DNA of 59,376 nucleotides, counting the filler, from Sluysia triapertura (lineage: Eukaryota), in the NCBI GenBank assembly GCA_046118255.1. It is 4 parts of 4 records of this genome, joined end to end, with 100 filler letters (N's around TTAATTAATTAA, not from the genome) between each part and the next. Parts side by side here need not be neighbours in the genome. Positions count along the whole stretch, not along the records: positions 16,635 to 32,004 come from JBJNIA010230121.1; positions 32,105 to 46,397 come from JBJNIA010000124.1; 2 more parts are not named here. One strand, written 5' to 3'. A program made the translations under genes and the position numbers. A model generated the notes under the pieces. It worked only from the letters and a program-made list of their open reading frames with translations, made no database searches and had not been told where the DNA came from. Shown one piece after another: positions 25,031 through 37,060 of the stretch (its first letter is position 1; every line of letters starts with the position of its first letter).

Positions 25031-28000
25031 AGTAGAGTATTATTAGTATGCAATAGTTTATATATTAGTATTTTCTACATAGATAGTAGTAGAATAATTG
25101 CAATATGGTATTGCTAAGTTATCGATTGTCCTGATTCATTAACATTAGACCAATTATCAAATTAATGTTTTTATTTGGCATTAAATTGGAAATAATTGGA
25201 GTAGTGATTATGTTGTGGGATTCCGATTAGTTAAATTCTCCAGAAGTACAATATTTAAATACTTTTAAATCACAAACTATTTAAGTAAAATTAATAAAAC
25301 AGTTTCTATTATTGATTTAAATGTTTTATTAAAATATGCACTTTCATCTTTTCCATCAGAGACAAGTTACAATTAATTCCCACTATAAAGTCTAATCATA
25401 AACCATTTTTATTTATAAGAAATAAACTACCCGTTACATTTTGCAACAATTCAAGTAATCGTAATATATCGATAAAGTAGTACAACCTTAGTAAAGTTAT
25501 AATTGAAAATAAACAAATTTATAGAACTGCTACGGTTTTGCTTAACTCATATGCAAAATGCTTTATTTATATAAAATGGGTTCCTATGTGAAAGCCATAT
25601 TAAACTGATGTGAGTCTTAAACAAGAATTTACAATAAATAACTTTAAAACAATGAAGTTATATTAACATACCTTATTATACATACTATACAACTAGAAAC
25701 CGTAAGAAAAAATTATAAAGGAATACTAATAAATATTTGAAAGTTAAGTTATCAAATACAGTTCTATTTTAAGAATAAGAATATAAAAGTGTAAGACTAA
25801 CTCGATAGAAAGAATTTAAGTGTAAAATATATTATGTGTATTAATATATGTATTAATATTTTAGACTTTATAACCTATTATAAAGTTTGATTTTAAGAAT
25901 AATTTAAAACTAGTCTTTAACTAGTTCAAAAATTATTAAGGAATTTACGTTTACTTTAATCCTTCCATTAAACAAGGATAAAAAACTCACTGTTAGTGTG
26001 GAACATATTGTTAGTGAGAATAATTGATCGAAGTGAAGATTGATTAGATTGAACTTTATCGACTAAAATTTGAGCAATGTTGGCGTGAAAATCACAAAGT
26101 AAACTTAAATTCACCATTTTCGTTTGGTCGTGTTGCTAAAATCCATTGTGAAAATAATTTCTTGCTTTGGCGTAATGCAAAGTTTATTGTAATTAAAATA
26201 ATAAAAGCATAAATTATTACAGAAACAATAGATTAATAATAAGAATTATTATTATAATAATTATAATTATAATTATAATAATTATAGTGTTCGTGAAACA
26301 TTGCCATTATGTTTGGTGTATTAGTCGTTACAAAAATTTTGTTATTGTGTCGTCTCACAACCCAATTGATATAATTCATTTGTATTATAAGATTCGACAA
26401 TTGTAAAATTGAGTATATTTGAATGATTACAGCACAAAATAAAAATACCAAAAAATGAAAATAATTATAATAACCATAATTATAATAATCATAATATAAT
26501 TGAATAAAATTATATTTCCTTACGTTTTATTTTATTTTATTTCAGAATTTGCAGATCCAAGCCATTTTAAAAGCTAACTATTTTTGCTTTTTGATATCAT
26601 TTATGTAATAAATTATTCATTTTTTCTTTTGCCATTAATATCTTTATTTGTACTTATTAACAAGAATAATTATTATCCATGAGTTCGCCTGTGGTAAATG
26701 TCTTATAACTGATTGTAGGTTTTTATACAGGCTTTTCTTATCGAGTTTCGAGTTACTAAAGGAAAAATCAATAAAGTACTAATTAATATGTAAATGCAAG
26801 AGATATTTACAAATTTATACTTCTGTAAACGGAATATAAAAAAGATATTATAATATAAGATAAAATAATTTTAACTTGATTTTAAAATTGAAAATATAAA
26901 ATTATATTTGAAGTTAAATTTTATATTGCTTATTTAAAATAATCATTAAAAACCTAAGAGTAATTAAATTGACGTGTACTAAAATAGATTTAAATGCTGT
27001 AAATATTATGGAATTCCGCTTAAGGATTGGGTCTTTTTCCGAAAAACATTCGTGAGACACGGAAGATGAATATTCTAAAACAATAATAAGGTTTAATTCA
27101 AATATGCGAGAAATTACTGAATTTTTATTAATATTTTAGTTAAGATGACACTTGAGGTGCTTACGAAAAGAAAATGTCGACTTAAGAGGTCTTTACCACA
27201 GTCGCTATTAATCATCACTGTCATAATAATTATTACCGTTAATTCCACTAATACCAGTTTTATTAGTAGTGTAAAATGGGTCTGGATTTTATATGAATAA
27301 TCCTTTCAGAAACTAATAAAATTCAAAATTAAGCACTGTTAAAAAATAACTTCATGATTGTAATTCAAATCGCATTTAAAATTCTTATATTAATTTAGAC
27401 AATTGCAATTTAATAAATCCATTACACTTTGATATGCTTGAATGTGCTGTATAATAAACATGTTCAAAATGAGTTCACGCCAATGCAAATCCAAATCAGA
27501 AAACCACATGTACACTCAAATTTACAAATTAAATAAAGTAAAATCTTGACTTCGATTGGTAACTAATCAAGACTTGTCGCATGAAGAATGGCTGCAAAAC
27601 AATTCATTTTCTTAAATTACAGTTGGCATTGCTGATTGACGAGAACAGTTGGCATTAGTTGGCTTTTTAACTGGATTTATTCTAATTATCTTAGCTAAAT
27701 TGTCTTCTTTTCCGCATGTTACTTCCCTGCTTGCCATCAAGTGTAATTAATACATCTTTATCACTTTTTCTCGATGATCCGTATATATTATATAGCAAAA
27801 TACCTCAAATAAATATTCATGTATGGGCATTTGATCTAGTCCTAAATAATCTCTTTATCATTGGGTATTTAATGTAAGTAACGTTATCTTTGTTATAGAA
27901 ACACAAATATACGAAACACTCATATATTTATCAATCGAAATATTTTTCTCGTCTACTTATAGTTAATTTAATCGTTTCATGAGGCAGTTGTTCTTTTGGT

Positions 28001-28498
28001 TTTTCCGGCAATTTTTCAAAAACTCTATTAACTAATTTTGTTGTTGGTCATTTAGTACAAGGCAGTACTAATGTAACGGTTGTATCTTATAAAGAAGTAA
28101 ACCCTTTGCTCATGGACCAACTCGCATTGCACTTCAAAAAGCCTTTTCTGTACTTTCTTTACACTTGAGCTAACATTCATGATTGATTCTAATTTGTGAG
28201 AGATAATTTGAAAAATTGGGAGATATAAGAAAAAGGATAGAGTGTCACAATGATGATAAAAATGGCAATGAACACCGAGTTTAATATTTTGGTTTACAAT
28301 GTTGATAAAAAGAATTTTACTGGGAATTTGTAATTTTATAATGATGAATGGAATAATATTGTGAATGATATGTAAAGAATTTGTTATGATGTAATTTTTG
28401 TGTTGAGATTTGGTTAGATTAATGTGTTATGTAGGTATGTGTGGGCTGGGCCACCACAGTTTGATATTTTTGTTAAAAATGCTGTGGTACATGGATCA

Positions 28499-28550
28499 GT
28501 AGAATGATAAAATAGAATGATGAAATAGAATGATGAAATAGAATGATAAA
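28499..28550. repeat. 13-bp tandem repeat (ATAGAATGATRAA) x4
   Basis: Directly visible tandem units. Confidence 0.9.
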
Positions 28551-28558
28551 GCACATTA

Positions 28559-28722
28559 TTAAAGTGCCAATATCAACTCCTTCTCGAAGTAAAGAAGACG
28601 ATCAATTTACCCATAATTCATCATAATTCTGAAGTAAAATTTATAGTAGTGTGTAATTGTGGAAGAATACAAGCTACCAGGAAAAATCCGTTTGATTCTA
28701 AGAAAGCTGATTATATGATATC
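28559..28722 (+). pseudogene. SMG8: Isolated SMG8 (NMD factor) fragment
   Basis: LPIIHHNSEVKFIVVCNCGRIQATRKNPFDSKKADY matches SMG8 PPVLYHNS...ACNCGRKQAPRDDPFDIKAANY. No flanking SMG8 sequence was seen. Confidence 0.75.
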
Positions 28723-29230
28723 TGTTATTTTCGGTTAAATAGATTAGGTCTACCAGAAAACCAACTATCTATACCCAGAACTCAAAACCTAAGATAAGTG
28801 TATTTATGAATTAACCAAAACATCAAAGTTTTGGATGAAAATGGAAGAGAGAAAATATGGGTATTTCGATCAATCAAATTGTAGGGAAATCACACAAAAT
28901 TCATCACACTTCATCACATGAAAACATTTCACATATACACAGATTATTAAACAAACTACTAAACTCATTCAAAAAACAAACATAATCATCGTACATAATT
29001 ATCATGAACTACCGCTATTATTATTACATTTCAAATCATATTAAAATATATATAATAATTATTGTCATTATTGTTATATAATATGATTATCAAGAAATAA
29101 CTTTTATAATAATTTTCATAATAAATTTCATATCAATATCAACAATGGTAGTATTAACAAACGTAATAACCACGTTATCATTATTATTTCTTTTATCCTT
29201 ATTGTGAGAAAATTGTGTTGAATTAAGATT

Positions 29231-29460
29231 GTGAGTTCACCAACGTACTGGACTTACGAGCTAGGGCCAGCCGTTGGATTTGTGAAGTGAAAGTATTGGA
29301 GGTTAACAAAATTTAGAAAATCTTTGAAGTATCTATTATAAAATTAACTCAATAGTAGCTGTTTATAAAATTTACTCAATAGTTTTAAGCATGATTTTTC
29401 GATGATCCTATGAAACAGGATCGGAATAATTAGTTTACGTCGTTAGAATTATACTCTAAC
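29231..29460 (+). repeat. Dispersed repeat, copy 1 (copy 2 at 46124-46376)
   Basis: gtgagttcaccaacgtactggacttacgagctagggccagccgttgg...tgatttttcgat...tttacgtcgttaga is collinear with gtgagtttaccaacttactgggcttactggttagggttagccgttgg...tgatttttcgat...tttacgtagttaga. Confidence 0.8.
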
Positions 29461-30134
29461 AAATCTAATTAACTGATAATTTTATAGTTGAGACTATATA
29501 AGTTATTATAATTCGAAAAACAAAGAATTTAACTCGAAGGTTTATTATTTACAATAAAATTTCACGTATATAAAAAGAAATTATATAATAATAAAATATA
29601 CAGTGTTACGGTAGAATTAATCAATTCTTCTCTTTCAAAATAATTTTAAATAAGATTTTTCAATGAATCTATTATAAGATTCAAAATAATTACAAATAAA
29701 ATTTACGTAAGATTTTGCAAGGATATCTTAATGATATCAATTCCTTACAAAAATAAACTAACGTATGTAATATAATAGGAAAAGTCAAAATTTCTTCAAT
29801 TTATTCTTGTTACTGATGTCGTTGTTGTTTTGATAATGTTGATTATGTTGTGTGAAAGTTACAAATGTTACGACTATTTATATTTGTTTAGTCCGACCTT
29901 GGTCAGACTAAAACAAAACTAATATTTTATTAAAACAAATTTAAAATTAATTTTTTAATTAAGCATAATTTTATAATTTTATTAAAAATAATTGATAATT
30001 GATAATATGATTTTATAATTAAAATCGTACTTTTTTGATTAATTCTTAAAATTCCTTTAAAAATAATAATAATAATAAATCGTTTCAATAAATTCAATAA
30101 TAGGTAATAAATTGTTTAATGAAATATCAATAGA

Positions 30135-30276
30135 AAGTATGAAATCAATAATTATTAATCAATCAGTTGTATTAGTTTATGAAATAATCAATTATGTGTT
30201 GTTGTGTGTTTAGTCTATATGAAATAAAATCAATAATTATTAGTCAATCAATTATGTGTTGTTGTGTGTTTAGTCA
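30135..30276. repeat. Imperfect tandem duplication of about 59 bp
   Basis: atcaattatgtgttgttgtgtgtttagtc occurs twice. This explains the spurious MCCCVFS ORF. Confidence 0.85.
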
Positions 30277-31242
30277 TTACATTATTATCAGTCTTTCATT
30301 TTATTCTTTTGTTTTCCCCATTTTTATATACACCTATCTATTTGCTTATCTACAAAGTATTTATTTTAATATCTGTTATAAAATTTGATCTTTTAACAAC
30401 TCCAACATTTCAATTGAACTGTCTCATATAATATCATAAAGGAAGACTCTTTCATTAGGTATAAATATAGCCAAGGTATGCTTCAATGAAGTTAGTAACT
30501 TTAAGGTCCAAACTAGATTATAGATTATGTTTACAGTATCAAGATACAATTTACCTTCAAGAAAATTTGTTTTCTCGAGGTAATAGACGGTCTTAATTAT
30601 TAATATAAATAGTATTTTGATTGTGCAGCTTTAAAATTTATAAAATACTTAATTAACTTTTAATTTTCTATTTTTAAAGATTAGATTTGTCTTAGGATAT
30701 TTTATATATCATAATTCTGGTCATGGAACGAAATGGTACTAGTGCTTACATTTTACAAAACATAATAACGTACATTATAACATAATAATTTAGTAAAAAT
30801 ATGAAAAATTATGAGAACTTTTGCTAAGACAAGTATCGCCCATCTGGAGGCCGAATTGCAATATTCTAAATAAATAGCACTATATGCATTTATTATTATT
30901 TATTTAATCATTAATAAGTATGTATAAAAAAACTTAAAATAATAAACCCTTCTGATTGTTGTCAGCTATAATTATCAAATAAATATATAAAAATTTCATT
31001 TATGTATTTTTAGGATGAGCAAAAATTATTAAAAAAAACAATATATAGCAAGTTCTTTTCATAGTTTCATTAAAAATTTAGTTAGGTATTTTATGACATA
31101 ATTCATACATATTGTTATATATTGTTTACAATTCAATGCACTATTTAAAAATTAATATTTGTACATTATTTTTTCTTTGTATTGGTACGAATATCTTTAT
31201 TTTAGATTTTTAATTTTAAGTTTTATTAAATTTATAAAATGT

Positions 31243-32004
31243 TTATTTTTGTTTGCAAAATGAATTAAACAATAAACGATATTGTTGTGATGGCCGGTAT
31301 TTATTATTATTTAATTTAACATTAAAATTAAAATAAAATTTATAATTAATACTGATTACTTTTAAATCGTTAAAAATTATTAACTTAGAAACTTTAGAAA
31401 TTAATAAAAGGAAATAAACAAAATAGTGATTGTATTTATGTTTAAAAATTAAATTTACATTTAAATCACACAAAAGATTATATAATAATTTAAACTTCCA
31501 AAGTCCATACATTTCACTAAAGAAAACATTGAGCAATAGATAATTTGAATTGCAAGTACTTAAATAATCAACTGTCAAATGAGGGGTTGATGACTGACGT
31601 TCTAATCTACCCATAGATTTCTGAATTTCTGATAAAACTTCAAGAATCCGGTAATGATCTGGAAGAACATTCTGAATTTGTATCAAAAATTCGTACAATA
31701 CTAAGTCTAAATTTAAATCGTAAAAAACTTTTAAAATTTCAACACTGTGTATCATAATATTTTGAAATAAGTCTAATTGATAAACACTATTATAATCGAT
31801 TTTAAAATATTCTTTATTATTTTCGCGAAAATAAAAATAAACTTTATAAAATTTAACAGAATCAAGGTACATATGTACCAATACATTATTAAAATCAATA
31901 TAATAAGTCAAGACATCATTAGTTAATCTACAATCTAAAAAATTGACTCCGTCAGTTAAAGTGAGCACTAAATCATAATGATTATTAAGTTCTGTTTCTC
32001 GAAT
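31243..32004 (-). CDS. Orphan 241-aa intronless ORF, unknown product
   Basis: 726-nt open frame (31243-31968) in very AT-rich DNA, starting close to the contig end. Y/F/L/N-rich, with no recognisable domain. Confidence 0.4.
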   Translation of the reverse strand: MRETELNNHYDLVLTLTDGVNFLDCRLTNDVLTYYIDFNNVLVHMYLDSVKFYKVYFYFRENNKEYFKIDYNSVYQLDLFQNIMIHSVEILKVFYDLNLDLVLYEFLIQIQNVLPDHYRILEVLSEIQKSMGRLERQSSTPHLTVDYLSTCNSNYLLLNVFFSEMYGLWKFKLLYNLLCDLNVNLIFKHKYNHYFVYFLLLISKVSKLIIFNDLKVISINYKFYFNFNVKLNNNKYRPSQQYRLLFNSFCKQK

Positions 32005-32104
32005 NNNNNNNNNNNNNNNNNNNNNNNNNNNNNNNNNNNNNNNNNNNNTTAATTAATTAANNNNNNNNNNNNNNNNNNNNNNNNNNNNNNNNNNNNNNNN
32101 NNNN
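32005..32104. other. Artificial contig spacer
   Basis: 44 N + TTAATTAATTAA + 44 N. Confidence 0.98.
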
Positions 32105-33530
32105 TTTTTAAGCGATGAATTGTGATGAACTATATGAGATGAGTTATGGTGAATATTATGTGATGAATTATGGTGAATACCGTACAACGAGTTCTCTACA
32201 TGGAGGTTTTGTTGTCACTGGTTTAGCATTCGTTGGAGCCGAATTAGGTGATGGTCTTTGATGCTACTGGTTTTGGCGATGGAGTTTTTATCTGATGCGA
32301 GTAGCGTGGAACTGTAGATGACAGTTGAGAATATGATTTGACAGTTTGTGTTGATTGGATAATCGTAGGTGTAGGTGTTGTTTTAGGAATGTCAGTCGAT
32401 GAATTATTTGACTTGATCGGAGTAGAAAAAGAAAAAGAGGGAGAAGAAGGTAGAGGAACAGAAGGAAGTTTAAGTTTCTTAGAGAGGTAAATGTGAGCGG
32501 TCAGTAGTGGGTGGATTATTGAGCAGGTTATGAAATGCAAATCTGGCTCTCGTATGTAGTCTAGCAGAGTTAGACATGCCGACATGTCAGCAGTGGACTA
32601 ATAGGGAAGATTAGTCGCAGTGTTTGGCGTGCCCTTAAAAAGATGTCATCAGTCGCAAAGGGAATTAAATTATGATTAGATAAATTTATAATTCCCCTTA
32701 ATAACCCAAAATGGATATTCATGGCTTCGATTATAAACTGTGGGTTAAGTTTTACCAAAATTTTATTTCGATGTCGTCGATGTCTTTAGCCTGTTTAAGA
32801 TCGGCCTCTGTAACGACCTGTATATTGTGACGAAAATTTTGAATCCGGCACCGAGGCTTAATACGAGCCTCTGTATGAAATTGCCTACTGTATAGGGGTA
32901 CAATTCACACATATAATTTTTGGTTTACTCAGGAAATCAGTAGCGTATTGAAAGGCTACAAACATAAGACGATCTTCGTCGTATGTCGAAAGAGGTGATA
33001 CGTGGGTGTAAGACACTCCACTCTTCCATCGACTTAAATTGTCAGTGTCTTCCGCAAAAGGGAGAAAAGATGGAACAAAAAGAGAGGCGGGTGGTAACAC
33101 AAAAAAGGATGGCAACATGGGTTGGAAACTCAAGAGCTTCCACTAAAACCTCGCACTCCTTTGTCAACTCGGAAAGTCGAAGAGTTGACAAACCCTCTAT
33201 CCGCAAAATTAATGGAGTCCCCTCTATAATTAATGTAATTTTAATGGAACCTCGCACGTATACAATATACATGGTGTCGAACGTGTCCGGTAAATTAGAT
33301 AAATTCCGCAAGGAAATAAAGGTTTGTTTTGGCGTTAATAAAGAGATGTGAGTCGCCAGGTTGTCTATGAGTTCGGACTTTAATTTACATTCTGTAAAGA
33401 AGGAGTTAGGAAAAAAGGTAGGGATGGAGTTTTCAGAGCAAAGGCGATCGACAGAATTATAGAAAGCTCTGATTTTTTCTTATGGATGTTGGGTGAGTTG
33501 GAGTTGTTGTGTTGATTTTGAACTGAAGAG
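32105..33530 (-). pseudogene. Frameshifted ORF relic with a Ser/Thr/Pro-rich C-terminal region, probably element-encoded
   Basis: Overlapping minus-strand ORF pieces 33042-33311, 32885-33133, 32570-32758 and 32244-32585 tile a region of higher GC with no intron-like gaps. Confidence 0.5.
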
Positions 33531-33636
33531 GAATAAAAATGTAGTACAATGCATATAAAAATTATAAAACGAGGGATTTCTGTACAAGTAATTTATTGTC
33601 GATTGTTTTATTATAATAAATAATAATATTTATGAG

Positions 33637-34182
33637 TTAATATTGCTTTAAAAAAGGATTTTCACACAATCGTTTATTCTTTTTATGAAACTTCCTAAGT
33701 TGGCGTCGTCGGTAATTACGCCTTTGCGATTTTGTTAGTCCTGGTGGATAATCGAGTTTTGGCACCTGAAATCCATTGTACAGGACTGCGATATTTGGGG
33801 AAGTTGGAGGTTTATAGATATCAACACTCGTGTTTTCCTGGAGCTCATGAACAGCTACAACAGGAGTTGAGTTTGATAAGATGTAATTTACAGTAAATTC
33901 ATAGGATCTACGAAAAACTTTTTTATAATAAATGTCAAATTCTGTGATTGTAGTTCGACATAGAGGACAAGGAGGCAAAGGAGTTAAAGCGGAGTCAAAT
34001 AAAAAATACAGACATCGAAAATGAAAACGGTGTTTACAAGGTATTGCTATGGCATAATATCTGTGGATCGGTCTACGGCATATCGAAGAAAGTGTAAATC
34101 GTAATATTGTTTTGCTAAAAAGTAAAAATTGTGTAATAAGATAATAGCTATTTAAAGAAGTAAAAAAAATTAATTTAAACAT
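33637..34182 (-). CDS. Intronless RING-H2-like zinc-finger protein with a basic C-terminal tail
   Basis: (S)SIC-x12-CKHRFHFRC-x12-CPLCR, a C3H2C3 pattern with the first Cys replaced by Ser. The C-terminus QRRNYRRRQLRKFHKKNKR is NLS-like. Confidence 0.75.
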   Translation of the reverse strand: MFKLIFFTSLNSYYLITQFLLFSKTILRFTLSSICRRPIHRYYAIAIPCKHRFHFRCLYFLFDSALTPLPPCPLCRTTITEFDIYYKKVFRRSYEFTVNYILSNSTPVVAVHELQENTSVDIYKPPTSPNIAVLYNGFQVPKLDYPPGLTKSQRRNYRRRQLRKFHKKNKRLCENPFLKQY

Positions 34183-34619
34183 AACACTATATATTAGTAA
34201 AAGTTTATCCTAATTATAAAATATATTGATAAAACTTATTCCTAACTAAATGGTTAACAGAGTGTGTGATTTTAATAAAATATGAGTTTCAACACCACAA
34301 CCGAAAATGGACAGTTAACAGCCTTCACACATGGTTAGTAAACAGGGAAATGCTATTACTCATTTTATACTCTATATAGTTTATACTTTAATGAAAAAAT
34401 GATTTTTATGCCTTATAAATAGATTAAACTTATGAACTTGAAATACAATGTGTATGTATGAAGTAACTAGGAGAAAACTTAATAAAATGTGATAACTAAA
34501 TACAGTATGATATAAATTTACAGAAGTAATAGAATAATTTAAACGTGAATGATTATATGATCGTGAACTTACATTTTTATTTTATGTTGTAATGAAATTA
34601 GCAGTCTTAACTTTCTTTG

Positions 34620-37060
34620 CAGTCATGCTTAGTGTAGTGGTGGTAATCACGAGTGTTTGGTAATTTATTACATCTAATTGTCTAAAATAGGTACCACTAG
34701 ATCGCACGCTCTACATTCTGGCCAAAACCCAAGAGTATCGTGAACCTCGTTGTAACTTAAAATCCAAACTTCAATAAATGTGAAGTTACGCCCTGGAACA
34801 AAAATAAATGAATACTAGTGTTGGGAAGTATTAGCGCGTAATGTTGTTCCTTATCAAATATTGTGTCGAAGTTTTTACTAGAATGATTCTTTTTCATTGA
34901 CTCGTAACCTATTAATATACTATGCTTTGTCAAGGGATTTGGTATATGAACGAAGTTATTATTCTCCCTATACAATGTCATTAAGAACTTGGTAGTTGTT
35001 GTTAGATGATTAAAAGTATATGGCTTTGTTCTAATTCTGTAGCTATATATAGACCTTGTTTTTGAATCCAAATTTGTCATAAATTCCAAATATAGAGTGA
35101 CGTTAAATAGTTGATTCTCCACAGGACCATCACAAGAGGCGATCTAGTATTTGGTATATTTACTAACATCTGATTCATAATTACACCATTTAGTCAGGCA
35201 ACAATGCATAGTAATATTAGTAATTATAACAGTATCGCTTCGTATTTTCGCGTATTTTGTACGTTGTAATGCCTTTAATGAGATTCGTGGTTTCATTATT
35301 ATTGGTTTTGCATGTATGTGAATTACACAAGTCATACATATACATGCCAGCATAACAGATTGTAAACTAGTCATTTGCCATCCTCCATATACTAAAGGTG
35401 AATGGTTATTTGTTGCATATTCGTAAACAGGAGGTGGTCTCACTGGAAATCCTGGTTGCGGCTCATAATTAGTTCTGTGCAGAATGGTATATTGATTGTC
35501 ATCGTCGTTGTGATTATATGGTAAACAGGGATATATACATCTATTTGATACGAACATGATTACTATTATAACGATAGATAGTGCAATAACGAATAATATC
35601 ACAGCTAAAATCAAAATTAATAATGCTGGGTCATTTCTTAGCATTTCGGATCATGATAAATATTTTCGTGTTCCTTTTAGTGCAAAGTGCATTTTTTCTA
35701 TTTTAGCCGGTGCTATATATACTCTTTCAACAATGTGTTTTTCTTCGTTTGGTAGAAAAACAGGATTTGCTCTATCGTTAATATAATACTGTTGTACTTC
35801 CCATGAAATTAAATCGTGCAGGTTTTAAGCAAGAAAATCTGACTTGAATGTCACTTTATAATAATTTGATTCTGACTTCAGTGTCATAATTATGGAATTC
35901 GAGGTATTCCGATTTATAAATTTGTAGATCATGTGTATTACATTGGACTGTAGTGAACACCATCATCATCATTATAGGTATCAAATTTTGATTAATGTTA
36001 CTTGTCGTAATTTTTTTTACCAAAATCAACTATCTACAATATAATCCATATGGCGTATACCACTATAAGAATTACCGAAATAATAATTAACTTATGAACT
36101 AAAGTAAAAATATTATACATAGGATCATTAGATAATAGTTTGCTAGCTTTGAACTTAGTTGTACAATTGTTTATAACTTTATTTGTTATATTTTGCATGA
36201 AATTTTGCACTTTTCTTGTATTTCTTTTAGTGTCCAATGTAAATGCTACTAACATCGTGGTATTTTATCTACATGATGTGGTTTTCCGATAAATAATGGT
36301 TTCAAATAAATGCAGCAAATATCGAATTTATGACGTAGAAACATTTTCTTCGAATTAAATTTCAATTCCCAATACTCTATATATATTTTTAATCGATATT
36401 TTTGTTCCTTTCCATTATTAATTGTTGCATATAAGTTTCTATATTCCTCATCTTCCTCAATATCTATGGATTTAACTGTACCAATTAAAGTTGGAAATAG
36501 AATTACTAATATTAATAATGAGGTCCAGAATGATTTCTTAGTTTTATAGTTATTTTTACTGGAGAAGGTGAGTATTACTGTCTCAACAGAACCAATTCCC
36601 GATGACAATGATTTTGAAAATTCACTTGTTACTGATGATATTATTGATTCAGTGGATGATTCTTCCCATAGTAAATCAGATAATCGGTCAAATGGCAGTT
36701 CAAGTGTGGGAATATGAATTGGAGTAATATCATTATAAAGAGATGGAACAACAATTTGTTGGACTAGTAATTGTGCACCGTGTGGAAATTTTATAAGTCG
36801 GTATTTACTATGTGTGACTATGTCATCTATTTTATCGAGTATATCTAAATCAATGATTAAATCGAAAGGGAAATTTCCCTAGACGTAAATATGCTTATTT
36901 ACTTGCTTGTCTAATATTTATTAAGTTAGATTTTAACTTTAGAAGTTAAAATCATAAAATCAACTCAAATTTGACATTAAATTTATAAAATTTTTAAGTC
37001 CCGATATATTGAGGGGTAAACTTTACTTAAACTTTACCAGAATCAGATTAAACGCTCTCG
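34620..37060 (-). pseudogene. Decayed intronless polyprotein-like ORF: retropepsin-like motif plus several signal-peptide/ectodomain/TM modules
   Basis: 36249-36878 is one open frame containing FPFDLIIDLDIL. ORFs 35144-35644 and 34757-35122 are in the same frame, separated by a single TAG. A further in-frame segment lies upstream across one TGA (35651-35653). There are five hydrophobic segments, a PPVY motif and NxS/T sites. Confidence 0.55.

Noticed and set aside
26233-26451. 72-aa N/Y-rich ORF
   Set aside because: Derived from ATAATT low-complexity repeats.
30135-30388. CRISPR-like or Cys-rich ORF MCCCVFS repeat
   Set aside because: It is a simple two-copy tandem duplication in eukaryotic DNA, with no spacers or cas genes.
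32983-33351. Plus-strand 122-aa ORF
   Set aside because: Lies antisense to the tiled minus-strand ORF relic and has no independent support.
35144-35260. CCLTKWC resembling an insulin A-chain
   Set aside because: The terminal Cys and a B-chain are missing, and the frame continues past a single TAG into a longer domain.
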